Shown in pieces: positions 48,927 through 58,717 of a stretch of DNA of 64,000 bases; position 1 is the first letter of the stretch; the number at the start of each line of letters is the position of its first letter. The stretch spans positions 1 through 64,000 of the IMG/VR virus record IMGVR_UViG_3300042898_001532; one strand, given 5' to 3'. The notes beneath the pieces are model-generated. The model was not told the DNA's origin. It made no database searches and was given only the letters and a program-made list of their open reading frames with translations. This DNA is from an uncultured virus (IMG/VR IMGVR_UViG_3300042898_001532). Its lineage: Duplodnaviria > Heunggongvirae > Uroviricota > Caudoviricetes. Made by a program: the position numbers and the translations under genes.

Positions 48927-49725
48927 ATGTAAGTTTTTCAAATATTATATCGTCAGCAACTAAATAGTTTTTACTTATCTCATAGTTTTCTAAAATATAT
49001 TTTTTTCTTTCATCATAATATTTCTTATCAATATCCTTTAAAATATCTTTTAAATCATCAATATTATTGAAAACTATAATCCCTTTTTCGTTGAAAAAAT
49101 TACCTATTGATGGGCATCCCCAATAAATAGGGATAGTACCTGTGATAAAACAATCGATTAATTTTTCTGAAAAATAAAAATCTTTTTTACAATTTTCTAT
49201 TGTAATAGAAAACATATATTCTTTTAACGCCTCAGATTTATTTATGATAGGTTTATATCCTGAACCATAAAAGTCAATACCATTTATTTGATTTGATATA
49301 TCATGCCTCAATTTATGTCCCACTAAATGTTTTTTATTAGAATAAATCATGGAAATTAATTTATTCTTTTCAGTTATAAATCTCTCATTTTCATTTATCC
49401 AACAACCACCTAAAGGGATAAGAACAAATTTTTCTGAAATGTTTAATAATTCCACATCAAACGTGAATATACCCTCAAAAAGATTAAAATTATTTTTTGC
49501 ATATTCATAATATTGTGGAGTTACTAATGGTGATTCTACTAACCACCCATAAACTTTTTTATTAGGTAATTTTTCTACCAAAGTTAAATCGGTTATTACC
49601 ACAATTTGATTGTCATCTAAAATAGTATCTCTATCCCATAAAAAATTTTTAGGTGAATTATACCAACTAGAAGACGAAGCGTGTGAAAAAAAATTATCAA
49701 TTATATTTAATTTTTCTATGTTCAT
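48916..49725 (-). CDS. Fucosyltransferase GT10-like (alpha-1,3/4)
   Basis: ESP, K.EALKEYMFSITIEN...YFSEKL.D....GTIPIYWG. Confidence 0.85.
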   Translation of the reverse strand: MNIEKLNIIDNFFSHASSSSWYNSPKNFLWDRDTILDDNQIVVITDLTLVEKLPNKKVYGWLVESPLVTPQYYEYAKNNFNLFEGIFTFDVELLNISEKFVLIPLGGCWINENERFITEKNKLISMIYSNKKHLVGHKLRHDISNQINGIDFYGSGYKPIINKSEALKEYMFSITIENCKKDFYFSEKLIDCFITGTIPIYWGCPSIGNFFNEKGIIVFNNIDDLKDILKDIDKKYYDERKKYILENYEISKNYLVADDIIFEKLTYGK

Positions 49726-50333
49726 CCTTTAATATAAAAAGCGTCTCCCCAAGTACCTCCTGCCCATGTAGTTTCTACTCTATTAAAACCATAAGAACCT
49801 AAATACGAATCTAACTCTTCTATCTTAGCACAACCCTTATATAATTCAGCCCTATTAACCTCAGTCATTACATAATCAATAGTATTAAGGTATTCTGATC
49901 CACCTTTGAATACTTCTAATTCATAACCCTGTACATCTATATTAATAAAATTAAATTTTTCTTTATGTTCAATAAATTTATCTAATTTAGTCATTTTTAC
50001 AGTTTCTTTACCATCAAACTGTATCGATGGATGTTGTACTAAATGATAATCAGGTTCTAAAACTGAACTAGATTGTCCTTCATTTATAGTTTCAGTGAAC
50101 ATCTCAACTTCACCTTCTTTATTACCTAATGCAGTATTTATTAATATTGCCTTATCCCCAACATTTTCTTTGAGTCTGTTAAATGTGTTTTTTATTGGCT
50201 CAAAAAACATAACATTTTTAATACCTAATCTTTCATAAGTTTGAAATTCTTGCCCAATATGTGCACCAATATGTAAAACACCTTTAATTTTTAAATCATA
50301 TTTTTCTTTTAAACTATCTAAATTTAACAACAT
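49722..50333 (-). CDS. FkbM-family methyltransferase
   Basis: LHIGAHIG, FEP, INIDVQGYELEVFKG, WGDAFY. Confidence 0.9.
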   Translation of the reverse strand: MLLNLDSLKEKYDLKIKGVLHIGAHIGQEFQTYERLGIKNVMFFEPIKNTFNRLKENVGDKAILINTALGNKEGEVEMFTETINEGQSSSVLEPDYHLVQHPSIQFDGKETVKMTKLDKFIEHKEKFNFINIDVQGYELEVFKGGSEYLNTIDYVMTEVNRAELYKGCAKIEELDSYLGSYGFNRVETTWAGGTWGDAFYIKG

Positions 50334-50399
50334 AAAAATTATTTTTTTTTATTATTTAATATATAATTATCGTAAAATTTTTTAAAAAGTAAACGTTAT

Positions 50400-51215
50400 T
50401 TATTTTAAAAACCCATTGTCATAAATAACATTAATTTTTTCCCATTCGGGTTCATAAATGTCTTCATATTTTTTTTCACCATTAGGTCCAAACCAAATAG
50501 ATGGTACACATACTTTTTTGTCTTTATTTTTGTTTAAGTATGATCCCCACCAAGAAAAAGATGAATTAGACATAATATTATGATTACATAAACTAATTGC
50601 CCATAAATCTTCATAATCATCTAAATCAGTAACAATAGTACATTTGTCGTAATCTAAATTTTTTTCTGCCCAATCCTTGTCGTTGGTAAAAACAAAAACA
50701 TTAGAGTGATTACCAATATATTTAAGGGATTTATCTATATAACTTTTTTCTATAACAGGTAATATATCAGACACAGTTAAATAATCACCTCTTCTGATAT
50801 GAATAGATACTGAATTTTTTTCAAATATTAATGGGTATAAAGTCATCAACTTTTGTTTAAACTCTTCAGTTGGTAGAAATAGGTTTTTTATATTCTCACT
50901 ATAAATCTTAAAATTTTTACTACTTTGGAAGTACCCATAAAACATTATTGATATATCATAATCGTATTTCAGATCACTATAATCCCAACTAATCTCATTA
51001 ACCCTTTTTAGTGGGTTAATATTTTCTTTAAAATCAATATTTCTAAAAATATTATCTACATAGTTAATAGTTTGATTACCTTCCATAGGAAGAAATGAGA
51101 AAGGTTTAAAAAAGACAGGTGTATTATGGATATACCCTTCTGTTTTGGCTTTAGCAATTTGAAACATTTGATTTCCTAGCCCACCCATTAAATATGAAGT
51201 TATAAAATTTTCCAT
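50400..51215 (-). CDS. Alpha-1,2-fucosyltransferase (GT11), second copy
   Basis: GGLGNQMFQ, GYFQS, IHIRRGDY, NSSFSWWG, P..WF. Confidence 0.92.
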   Translation of the reverse strand: MENFITSYLMGGLGNQMFQIAKAKTEGYIHNTPVFFKPFSFLPMEGNQTINYVDNIFRNIDFKENINPLKRVNEISWDYSDLKYDYDISIMFYGYFQSSKNFKIYSENIKNLFLPTEEFKQKLMTLYPLIFEKNSVSIHIRRGDYLTVSDILPVIEKSYIDKSLKYIGNHSNVFVFTNDKDWAEKNLDYDKCTIVTDLDDYEDLWAISLCNHNIMSNSSFSWWGSYLNKNKDKKVCVPSIWFGPNGEKKYEDIYEPEWEKINVIYDNGFLK

Positions 51216-51216
51216 A

Positions 51217-51831
51217 TTAAAATAACCATTTATAATTAACATTTTTATTTTGTATATCACTAAAACTTTCTCTTTGTAATGCAATACTAGGGTTAAACCC
51301 GTAACAATTATAAGATTTTTGTATATCAGCGTAATATACGTCTATCGGTTTTCCCCTTATACTTATTAAATCCAATATTAAGTCATATATAGTATTGTTT
51401 ATAACCACACAATGTATCCCATATGTTTCATTTAATTTTATAATTTTTTCATTTAAAAAATTAATTTGTTTACCCATATGTTTATTATGGTTACCACCAA
51501 AATATATCATATCCCAATCCTCTGGTACTGATGACATATATTGTTCTAAATTTAATATTTCTTCAGTAAATTCTATATCGTCTTCTATTATTAATATATT
51601 TTTATAACCTTTTTCTTTAGCCTCATTAATGATGTTAATGTGGGTAGTTAAAATACCTAATTCCCCATTATTTATTATGGTGTCATTAATTAATGTATTA
51701 CCATCTACGGCAGAAAAACGAGTAACACTATCAGACAATTCCCACTTACTTAATTCTAATAATGTTTCATCCCACCTATCTTTTCTACGATCTAGATTTA
51801 TACAATAAATTTTATCAAAGTAATTTTTCAT
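51217..51831 (-). CDS. Glycosyltransferase family 25
   Basis: YCINLDRRKDR, AVDG, GELG...TH, LIIEDD. Confidence 0.88.
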   Translation of the reverse strand: MKNYFDKIYCINLDRRKDRWDETLLELSKWELSDSVTRFSAVDGNTLINDTIINNGELGILTTHINIINEAKEKGYKNILIIEDDIEFTEEILNLEQYMSSVPEDWDMIYFGGNHNKHMGKQINFLNEKIIKLNETYGIHCVVINNTIYDLILDLISIRGKPIDVYYADIQKSYNCYGFNPSIALQRESFSDIQNKNVNYKWLF

Positions 51832-51832
51832 T

Positions 51833-52693
51833 TTAAATATATTTTTTTAATATTTCCGATTTATATTTTACTATATCATTTAATACAACATCACCTGAAT
51901 TTTTTATATTTTCATATAATTCTTCTAACACTAAGGAATCACTATTAGATTGTATTTCGTGATGTAAATGTAATAATTCATTTTTAGGATTGTCTACAGA
52001 ATGAATTTTTTCTAAAGTTTCAATTTTATTCCAAAAAAATATATCTTCTGGTGACCAACCATAAAATAACTCAGGGTCATAACCACCAACATTAAAGAAT
52101 AAATTTTTATTAACGAATATAGATCCACCAGGTGCACCATAATTACCTACTCTTAATTCTTCCAAATTAATATCATTAATACTTATTTCATTATTTAATA
52201 AATTTCGTGTTTGTTGTTCACTTAAATAGAGTACTCTACGGTTATAAAATGTTTGTAAACATTCTGATTTTTTAGATTCTTTATTATCTATTAAATTTAA
52301 AAAAAAATTATCATAAACTAAACAGTCCAAATCATGAAATAAAAAATAATTAGAATTTTTATTTAATAATGCGCCAATATTATGACATAAACATTTATTG
52401 AATTTGTTTTCTAAACTATTAATCCAATAATATCCTATCCCATAACTCTTACAAATTTCATAATATTCTCTATTTGTTGAATGTTCAACAATAGTGATAT
52501 TAATTTTTAAATTTGTTTTTTCTATTGCAGATTTTAAATGTGACAAAGATACATCAACAAAGTCAATTCTACCTCTAACAGGTATTATTATACTAATATC
52601 AAACTTTTTATATGGTTTTTTATTTTTAATTTCTCTATAAAAAACATCAAATCTATTAGTATCTATTATATTTTTAATATCAGAAAAAATCAT
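51833..52693 (-). CDS. GT2/GT7-C-type glycosyltransferase
   Basis: SIIIPVRGR, FNK...NIG, FHDLD, GGYDPELFYGWSPED. Confidence 0.82.
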   Translation of the reverse strand: MIFSDIKNIIDTNRFDVFYREIKNKKPYKKFDISIIIPVRGRIDFVDVSLSHLKSAIEKTNLKINITIVEHSTNREYYEICKSYGIGYYWINSLENKFNKCLCHNIGALLNKNSNYFLFHDLDCLVYDNFFLNLIDNKESKKSECLQTFYNRRVLYLSEQQTRNLLNNEISINDINLEELRVGNYGAPGGSIFVNKNLFFNVGGYDPELFYGWSPEDIFFWNKIETLEKIHSVDNPKNELLHLHHEIQSNSDSLVLEELYENIKNSGDVVLNDIVKYKSEILKKYI

Positions 52694-53325
52694 ATTTCAA
52701 GAACTCTTCTATTATCTTCAATTTTATTTTGGATGTCACTATAACTAACTCTTTGTAGTGCAATATTTGGGTAAAAGGAATATACATTTAATTCTTTTTG
52801 TAAATCACTATAATACACATCAATAGGATTGTCACAACCTTTAATTAGATTTAAACACTTATCATAGGTAGTACTTTTGAATGCAACACAATGTGTGGTA
52901 TATGTTTTACTACATTTAATTATATTATCATTTATTTTGTTTATCTGTTCACCTATGTGAGTGTTATGGTTACCACCAAAATAAAGAATGTCCCAATCAC
53001 TTGGGACTAATGACATATACTTATCTAAATTTTTTATTTCTTCGGTAAATTCTATATCATCTTCTAATATTAGAATATTTTTATATTTTTTATTTTTGGC
53101 TAATTGTAATATTTTTATATGTGTTTTTAATAAACCTAATTCACCCGAATTTACCCTAAATTTTTTGTTGTCGTAAGTTAATTTACTACCATCAATACCT
53201 AAAAATCTATTGACACCACTAAATAAATCCCATTTTTTAAGTTCTGTTACTGTTTCTGACCATCTATCTTTTCGTTTTTCTAGATTGATACAGAAAACTT
53301 TATCAAAATAATTTTTTAAACTCAT
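52690..53325 (-). CDS. Glycosyltransferase family 25, paralog of 51217-51831
   Basis: FCINLEKRKDRW, GELG...TH, LILEDD, YFGGNH. Confidence 0.88.
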   Translation of the reverse strand: MSLKNYFDKVFCINLEKRKDRWSETVTELKKWDLFSGVNRFLGIDGSKLTYDNKKFRVNSGELGLLKTHIKILQLAKNKKYKNILILEDDIEFTEEIKNLDKYMSLVPSDWDILYFGGNHNTHIGEQINKINDNIIKCSKTYTTHCVAFKSTTYDKCLNLIKGCDNPIDVYYSDLQKELNVYSFYPNIALQRVSYSDIQNKIEDNRRVLEI

Positions 53326-54746
53326 ACAATTATTTTATTATCTATTATTTCAAAGTTCTTATCTATTATTCTAAAATATAATTCTTGTTGGTTTTTATTT
53401 GCATTGGTGGATACTGTGCCATCATTTTCATGATGGAAATAAATAAATAATGGTTTTGGGATTCGTTTACCCACATATCCAAGTTTCATCATCCTTAACC
53501 ACATATCATAATCTTCCCACCCATTTAAATCTTCGTCATAACCATTAACTTTTTCAAAAGATTCTCTATGAAACATTGAACAATTTACTATAAAAGGTCC
53601 TTTTACCAATCTTTCTTTACTCCATTCGGGTCTTTGTTCTATTCCCTGAACTTGACCAACGTGATGGGTATCACAATAAACAGGACTAATATTTTTATCT
53701 TTAGAAAGTATATTCACACATGACTTAATATATCCATCTAATATCATATCATCAGAATCTAATGGTAAAATATATTGCCCTTTAGAATGTTTAAACGCCT
53801 CGTTTCTGGCGGATGAAGGTCCACCATTTTCTTTATAAATAACTTTAATTCTATCGACACCCTCTAATTCTTTAAGTTTATGTTTTACGAATTCATCCGT
53901 AGAACCGTCATCAACTAAAATAATTTCAAAATTAGTGTAATCTTGATTAAATACTGAATTAAGTGTCTGATTTATTCTATTCCCATAATTATATATCGGC
54001 ATTAGAATAGACACTAAAGGTTCTTTATCTTTTATTTTTTTAATATTATAGGTATATGGGACTATTTTAGGTAGATTTTCTTTATGTTTTTCTACAAATT
54101 GTAGTCTATTATCTTCCCATTGTTGATTAGTTTGACCAATAGATAAATGAGTTATTGCAATATCTGAAATTACACCTATTTTAACCCCACTTAAAAAATT
54201 AGTAAAACAAAAATCTACTTCATATAAATGGAATCCTTTGATACTTTCATCAAATGAGGTTTTTATCTTAGTTTTATTCACCACAAAAAATAAACCATCC
54301 ACAATAACGGTTTCCTCAATCTTATTACCAAAAGATTCATTGTACTTAGATAACCATTTTTTACCTTCGTGTTGATGATAAACTTGTCCTACTACCTCAG
54401 TCATACCATAATCCCACCATCTTCCTGATGAAGGCATATATTTAGTACCTGCCTTACCGATAATCCCATAATCGGAATTCCTTTTAAAATGATTTAATAA
54501 TTTTTTACCCCAATTATTAGACTCAAAGATAATATCATGGTGTAAAAAAACTACGATATCATTTTTGGCTTTCTTTAACCCCTTATTATATATTTCAGTT
54601 AATGAGAATTCACCGTTATTTTTATATCCTAAAAATTCAATCTTATTATGTAAACCCGAAGTTTTTTTTATGTGTTCTTCATGTGATTTTAAATCATATT
54701 GTGATGAACAGACAACAGTTATACCGTTTGTTATATTTCTTTCCAT
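53322..54746 (-). CDS. Two-domain glycosyltransferase (GT-A + GT2)
   Basis: N-domain YNKGL..A..DIVVFLHHD, VDGLF; C-domain VSILMPIYN, VDDGSTD, PLDSDD, EDYD. Confidence 0.88.
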   Translation of the reverse strand: MERNITNGITVVCSSQYDLKSHEEHIKKTSGLHNKIEFLGYKNNGEFSLTEIYNKGLKKAKNDIVVFLHHDIIFESNNWGKKLLNHFKRNSDYGIIGKAGTKYMPSSGRWWDYGMTEVVGQVYHQHEGKKWLSKYNESFGNKIEETVIVDGLFFVVNKTKIKTSFDESIKGFHLYEVDFCFTNFLSGVKIGVISDIAITHLSIGQTNQQWEDNRLQFVEKHKENLPKIVPYTYNIKKIKDKEPLVSILMPIYNYGNRINQTLNSVFNQDYTNFEIILVDDGSTDEFVKHKLKELEGVDRIKVIYKENGGPSSARNEAFKHSKGQYILPLDSDDMILDGYIKSCVNILSKDKNISPVYCDTHHVGQVQGIEQRPEWSKERLVKGPFIVNCSMFHRESFEKVNGYDEDLNGWEDYDMWLRMMKLGYVGKRIPKPLFIYFHHENDGTVSTNANKNQQELYFRIIDKNFEIIDNKIIV

Positions 54747-54750
54747 GATA

Positions 54751-54758
54751 CAAAGATA
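54751..54758 (-). promoter_or_regulatory. Bacteroidota -7 element heading the glycosyltransferase operon
   Basis: TATCTTTG on the minus strand, 4 nt before ATG 54746, as at 1679. Confidence 0.6.
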
Positions 54759-54847
54759 GTGATAAATAAATAAATAATAAATGCTAATATTAAATATTTG
54801 ACACTTTATGGTTTTATTAGTATATTTATATGTATAAACATAATCAT

Positions 54848-55111
54848 ATGGAGTGGAAACAGAATGAAATAATTTTTTTAAAAGATAATTACCATATATT
54901 GGGTCGAGCCGAATGTCAATGTGATTCTATTGTGTTGCCCTACATGTCGCTCGAATAGGCAAACCGAATGCGACAGGCTATTAAAAAAGTTATTGTTAAT
55001 GATAAAATATTTGATAGCGCTAAAGAAGCATCTTTATTTTTTAATTTATCTATTAGTTGTGTCTATTATAGGTGTAAAAAGAAAATTAAAAATTGGTCTT
55101 GGTTTAATTAA
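54848..55111 (+). pseudogene. Homing-endonuclease remnant (NUMOD1-like C-terminal HTH) with an in-frame TAG
   Basis: MEWKQNEIIFLKDNY...LE*ANRMRQAIKKVIVNDKIFDSAKEAS...VYYRC, all in one frame; TAG at 54956-54958. Confidence 0.6.
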
Positions 55112-55685
55112 TACCTGTAGAACCATAACCACCATCCCCTCTTTCTGTGTTTACATCTATTTCATCTACTTTTGAGAAGTTCACAATATTCTTAGATATA
55201 ACGTTAGAAATAACACCTTGCGCTATTCTATCACCATTATTAATTATAAAATCATTATCACTATGATTTATTAATATAACACCTATCTCACCTCTATAAT
55301 CTGAATCTATTGTTCCGGGAGAATTTAATACTGCTACACCATGTTTCGCAGAAAGACTACTACGTGATCTAACCTGTATTTCTAAATTCTCAGGAATTTC
55401 AAAATATAAACCAGTAGGTACTATTTTTATTGTATGTGGATTCAATATCATTGGTGTATCTAAATAAGCTCTTAAGTCAAAACCAGAAGAACCAGAAGTA
55501 GCGTATTCAGGGTCAGGATTATTTGAATTATTCGTATATTTAATTTTTATTTTAAAATCAAAGTTTGTATCCGAAAAAGAAAAATTAGATTCGTCCATAT
55601 TTTCAGTTTCATTAAAACTTTCTATTTGTTCCAATAAACTCTTTAGTTCATTTAATTCATTAAGTTCTCTTTCAAAATCTTCCAT
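55104..55685 (-). CDS. dut: dUTPase (trimeric type)
   Basis: SGFDL, RSSL, GTIDSDYRGE, GDRIAQ, RGDGGYGSTG. Confidence 0.95.
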   Translation of the reverse strand: MEDFERELNELNELKSLLEQIESFNETENMDESNFSFSDTNFDFKIKIKYTNNSNNPDPEYATSGSSGFDLRAYLDTPMILNPHTIKIVPTGLYFEIPENLEIQVRSRSSLSAKHGVAVLNSPGTIDSDYRGEIGVILINHSDNDFIINNGDRIAQGVISNVISKNIVNFSKVDEIDVNTERGDGGYGSTGIN

Positions 55686-56246
55686 TTATTTCTTTTTACA
55701 TTCAATTATTGCGAGTTCATTCGCCAATCTTAATATGGTTGATAATGTACTCCCATACCATTTAGATTGTTTATCGTCATCAGTCTTATCATAATTAAGT
55801 ATTGACTGATATTCTTCATCAGATAATTCAACACCATATCTTAATGAATAATATGCGGATCTTTCTCCCACTCTCATAGAAACTAAATCCTCATTAAAGT
55901 CATACATTTTACCTTGATTCTTTCTGTGCCACTCAGATTCACAGAATTTATATAATTTGACTTTACCTAATTGGTGTAAGAAACAAACTTTAATTAACGA
56001 TTTCTTATCTACCCTTTGTGATTCAGGTAAAATATCGTTTAAATTAATTCCGTATTTAGTTACAGATAAAATATAATCTATTAACCCACCAGGAAAAGAG
56101 TTATACATACTTTCCATATTAGATGCCGGTGCACTATATAAATCTTCACCCAAAAACTCTAATAAATTTTCAGGTAGGATATTATAGGTTTCATTAGTTT
56201 TATTAAACTTTTCCTTATTTTTTAATATTTTTTCTTTCAAACTCAT
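55686..56246 (-). CDS. HD-domain (YhaM-like) protein with degenerate metal ligands
   Basis: APAS....N.FPGGLIDY.L.V and FLHQLGK in place of HD. Confidence 0.65.
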   Translation of the reverse strand: MSLKEKILKNKEKFNKTNETYNILPENLLEFLGEDLYSAPASNMESMYNSFPGGLIDYILSVTKYGINLNDILPESQRVDKKSLIKVCFLHQLGKVKLYKFCESEWHRKNQGKMYDFNEDLVSMRVGERSAYYSLRYGVELSDEEYQSILNYDKTDDDKQSKWYGSTLSTILRLANELAIIECKKK

Positions 56247-56278
56247 GATTTAAATAGTTTATTATAATAATAAAAAAA

Positions 56279-57568
56279 TTATTTCGATAAGTCAACTTCT
56301 ACTACTTTTTTTTCCTCTACCAATTTAATATATAAGTCTCTTCTTTTCTCACATACTGATCTCATATCATATGTTCCATTCACGGTATTGTATAAATTCT
56401 CACCTAATTTTGTGATTAGATCTGGATTAAGAATTAATCTCTTAAGATGTGAATACCACAATTTATGATTTTTAATTGTAGGTACTAATAAACCATTACC
56501 ATCTTCATTAATATCACCACCTTTTCCATATGCGTTTTTAATGTCTATTTGATAAGGACCGAAATCTTGTGCGATTATCGCCTTCTTATGGAATCCCGAT
56601 TCAATAACTTTAAGTTGGGATTTGACTTTATTAAATGTACTTTCTTTAAGTGGGGCGAGAGATATATCAAATAAATTGTAATTTGACGCATAAGAAGTAA
56701 TAGGTTTAGTCCACACTCTTCTATATGGCTCATTATGTACATTCTCATATTCTTTATTTTCAAAAGACAATAAGAATTTTTTATAATCTTCACTTATTAT
56801 ATTATAATCATCAGTAAAAATCTTTTCGTATTGATACCATACAGATTCTTTTGGTTTAATCGGTCTTTGTTTTTGTTCACCTGTTTTTGGATCTATCATG
56901 GTCATAGTACCTCTTAAATCATAACCACATAAAACAAATTGTACTTTATCTAATAAATTATCTGACTTAAGTTTAGACATTAAACCTCTTAGTATTTCCA
57001 AATCCTTCATGTGTGAAGAACCTCCTAACCACCCAATTCGAATTCTATCACTTTTCTCAGGGTTACTCTGATATTGTTTTTCTTCAGTATTAATTGCGTT
57101 TGGTAATACAAATACATTCTTATTTAATTTAGAAATCTCATCTGCAAATACTGAAGTTGTGGTTGTGACATTTCTAGATACTTTGATATTATTTGCAATC
57201 TTCTTATCTAAATCGTTTTGTTTGATGATTTGCCACGCTGGGTGATCTGGTCCAGGTGACCAATGATCATCAATGTCCATAACTGTTGCAACACCTAATT
57301 CATCACATCTTTCTAATAATTTTGGTAGATTGTCGTAATCACCTAATGTTCTATGATAATGAATTAAATCATATTGTTTAAGATAGTTATCGTCATTTAA
57401 TTGTGGTTCGTAATCAATATCCACATGAAACTCATTAGGGAAGTATTCCCCTAATTTAATATGTGGTATTGTAGATCTGTAATAAGAAACTCCTGTTCTG
57501 TCACTAGGTACTACCAATACCTTTATTTTGTGACTGACTGGGGTGATAATGTTTTTAATTTTATTCAT
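56279..57568 (-). CDS. GT-B glycosyltransferase (GT4-like)
   Basis: GVSYYRS..PH, DIDDHW, PNAI, IGWLGGSSH..DL, APL....FNKVKSQLKVIE.G. Confidence 0.82.
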   Translation of the reverse strand: MNKIKNIITPVSHKIKVLVVPSDRTGVSYYRSTIPHIKLGEYFPNEFHVDIDYEPQLNDDNYLKQYDLIHYHRTLGDYDNLPKLLERCDELGVATVMDIDDHWSPGPDHPAWQIIKQNDLDKKIANNIKVSRNVTTTTSVFADEISKLNKNVFVLPNAINTEEKQYQSNPEKSDRIRIGWLGGSSHMKDLEILRGLMSKLKSDNLLDKVQFVLCGYDLRGTMTMIDPKTGEQKQRPIKPKESVWYQYEKIFTDDYNIISEDYKKFLLSFENKEYENVHNEPYRRVWTKPITSYASNYNLFDISLAPLKESTFNKVKSQLKVIESGFHKKAIIAQDFGPYQIDIKNAYGKGGDINEDGNGLLVPTIKNHKLWYSHLKRLILNPDLITKLGENLYNTVNGTYDMRSVCEKRRDLYIKLVEEKKVVEVDLSK

Positions 57569-57751
57569 AATTTTTTATTATCTCAAATATTATAGAGTTA
57601 TTTTTTTTGTAATCGGTTGCCCATATTACTTCACAATTATAATCTTATTTTTTCACTAAGTAAAGTTTATAAAAAGAAAGAAGAATTTTCTAAATATATT
57701 AAATAACTAAAAATAACTCATTCGTCTATTTTTTTAAGAAACACCTAAAAT

Positions 57752-57775
57752 AAAAAAAACCCTCCGAAGAGGGTT
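57752..57775 (-). terminator. Intrinsic terminator with a cUUCGg loop
   Basis: Minus strand reads AACCCTC-TTCG-GAGGGTT followed by Ts. Confidence 0.9.
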
Positions 57776-57779
57776 CTTT

Positions 57780-58331
57780 TTATTTTCTTTTTTTATTTGG
57801 TAGTGGTTTTAATGTTCCACCGAATATAGTATCACCTATTTTAATTTTAATGTCTTCAGTGACTAAAGATTTATCTAAATATTCTTCTACTACTGATCTT
57901 ACAACATCTTCTATTTCTTCTCTAACAATTTGTCTAATATTATCTACGTCAATATTCTTAGGTGTTGTTTGTGTCATAGGTTTTTGTGTGGGTACACTTT
58001 CATTTACTAATTCCACAACATCATCCAACTCAAATGTATGGTAAGGTGTTTCAGGTATATGTATTGGGTTGTCTATCATCGCTTGTTTTATAAAATCAGG
58101 CATTTTAGATTTTTCTAAATTCCTATATCTACCATTTTGTGGTGCAACACTATTAGTGGAAGTTTTTTTATTCTTATTAATATAGTTTTCTGTTAAATTA
58201 GGTATTTCTTTTTCTTGGCTAGAAAACATATTTGCCCCGCCACTATTCATATTTGTGGAACCATGATTTTCTTCCGTCTTTTGCATTACCGCTTTAGACC
58301 TACTTAATATTTCTACTAATCTATTACTCAT
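57780..58331 (-). CDS. Hypothetical protein
   Basis: 183-aa ORF in a late operon. Confidence 0.7.
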   Translation of the reverse strand: MSNRLVEILSRSKAVMQKTEENHGSTNMNSGGANMFSSQEKEIPNLTENYINKNKKTSTNSVAPQNGRYRNLEKSKMPDFIKQAMIDNPIHIPETPYHTFELDDVVELVNESVPTQKPMTQTTPKNIDVDNIRQIVREEIEDVVRSVVEEYLDKSLVTEDIKIKIGDTIFGGTLKPLPNKKRK

Positions 58332-58337
58332 AACTTT

Positions 58338-58706
58338 TTAATCAAATTTAATTATATTATATATCTGTATCATATCTTTATCACCGTTAGGATTGAATAA
58401 AGGTTTTGGTTCATAAAATTGACCCCCTAATTTTCTTAAACCATTCATCCTATCAACTCTAAACAATTTCCATCCTGGTTGTATTGTCTTAGTGTCACCA
58501 CCTAACTGATAAACCCTTACCACATCATTACCCGCAGTAGATTTACCATAACAATAGATTTGTACCCATCTTTTACCTTTACCACCAGGATCCTCACCAT
58601 CGTCATAATAAACTTCTGCGATGCGTTTACCATTCATACAATCCATAATTGTATTTCTTCCCGCAACTTCAAGTATAAGACTTTTCGCTAAGTTGTAAAG
58701 AGTCAT
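58338..58706 (-). CDS. WYL-like (SH3-fold) domain protein
   Basis: VYY....G.R.VQ.YCYG...VRVYQ....GWKLFRVDRM. Confidence 0.65.
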   Translation of the reverse strand: MTLYNLAKSLILEVAGRNTIMDCMNGKRIAEVYYDDGEDPGGKGKRWVQIYCYGKSTAGNDVVRVYQLGGDTKTIQPGWKLFRVDRMNGLRKLGGQFYEPKPLFNPNGDKDMIQIYNIIKFD

Positions 58707-58717
58707 CTTTTATTTTA

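Noticed and set aside
54957..54965. GGCAAACC resembling a c-di-GMP-I riboswitch
   Set aside because: The remaining conserved P2/P3 elements are not present
54921..55175. 84-aa plus-strand ORF in the supplied track
   Set aside because: The neighbouring frame (54848-55111) carries the recognisable motifs, the ATG and the promoter
57589..57624. 11-codon upstream ORF before the GT at 57568
   Set aside because: Too short to distinguish from chance
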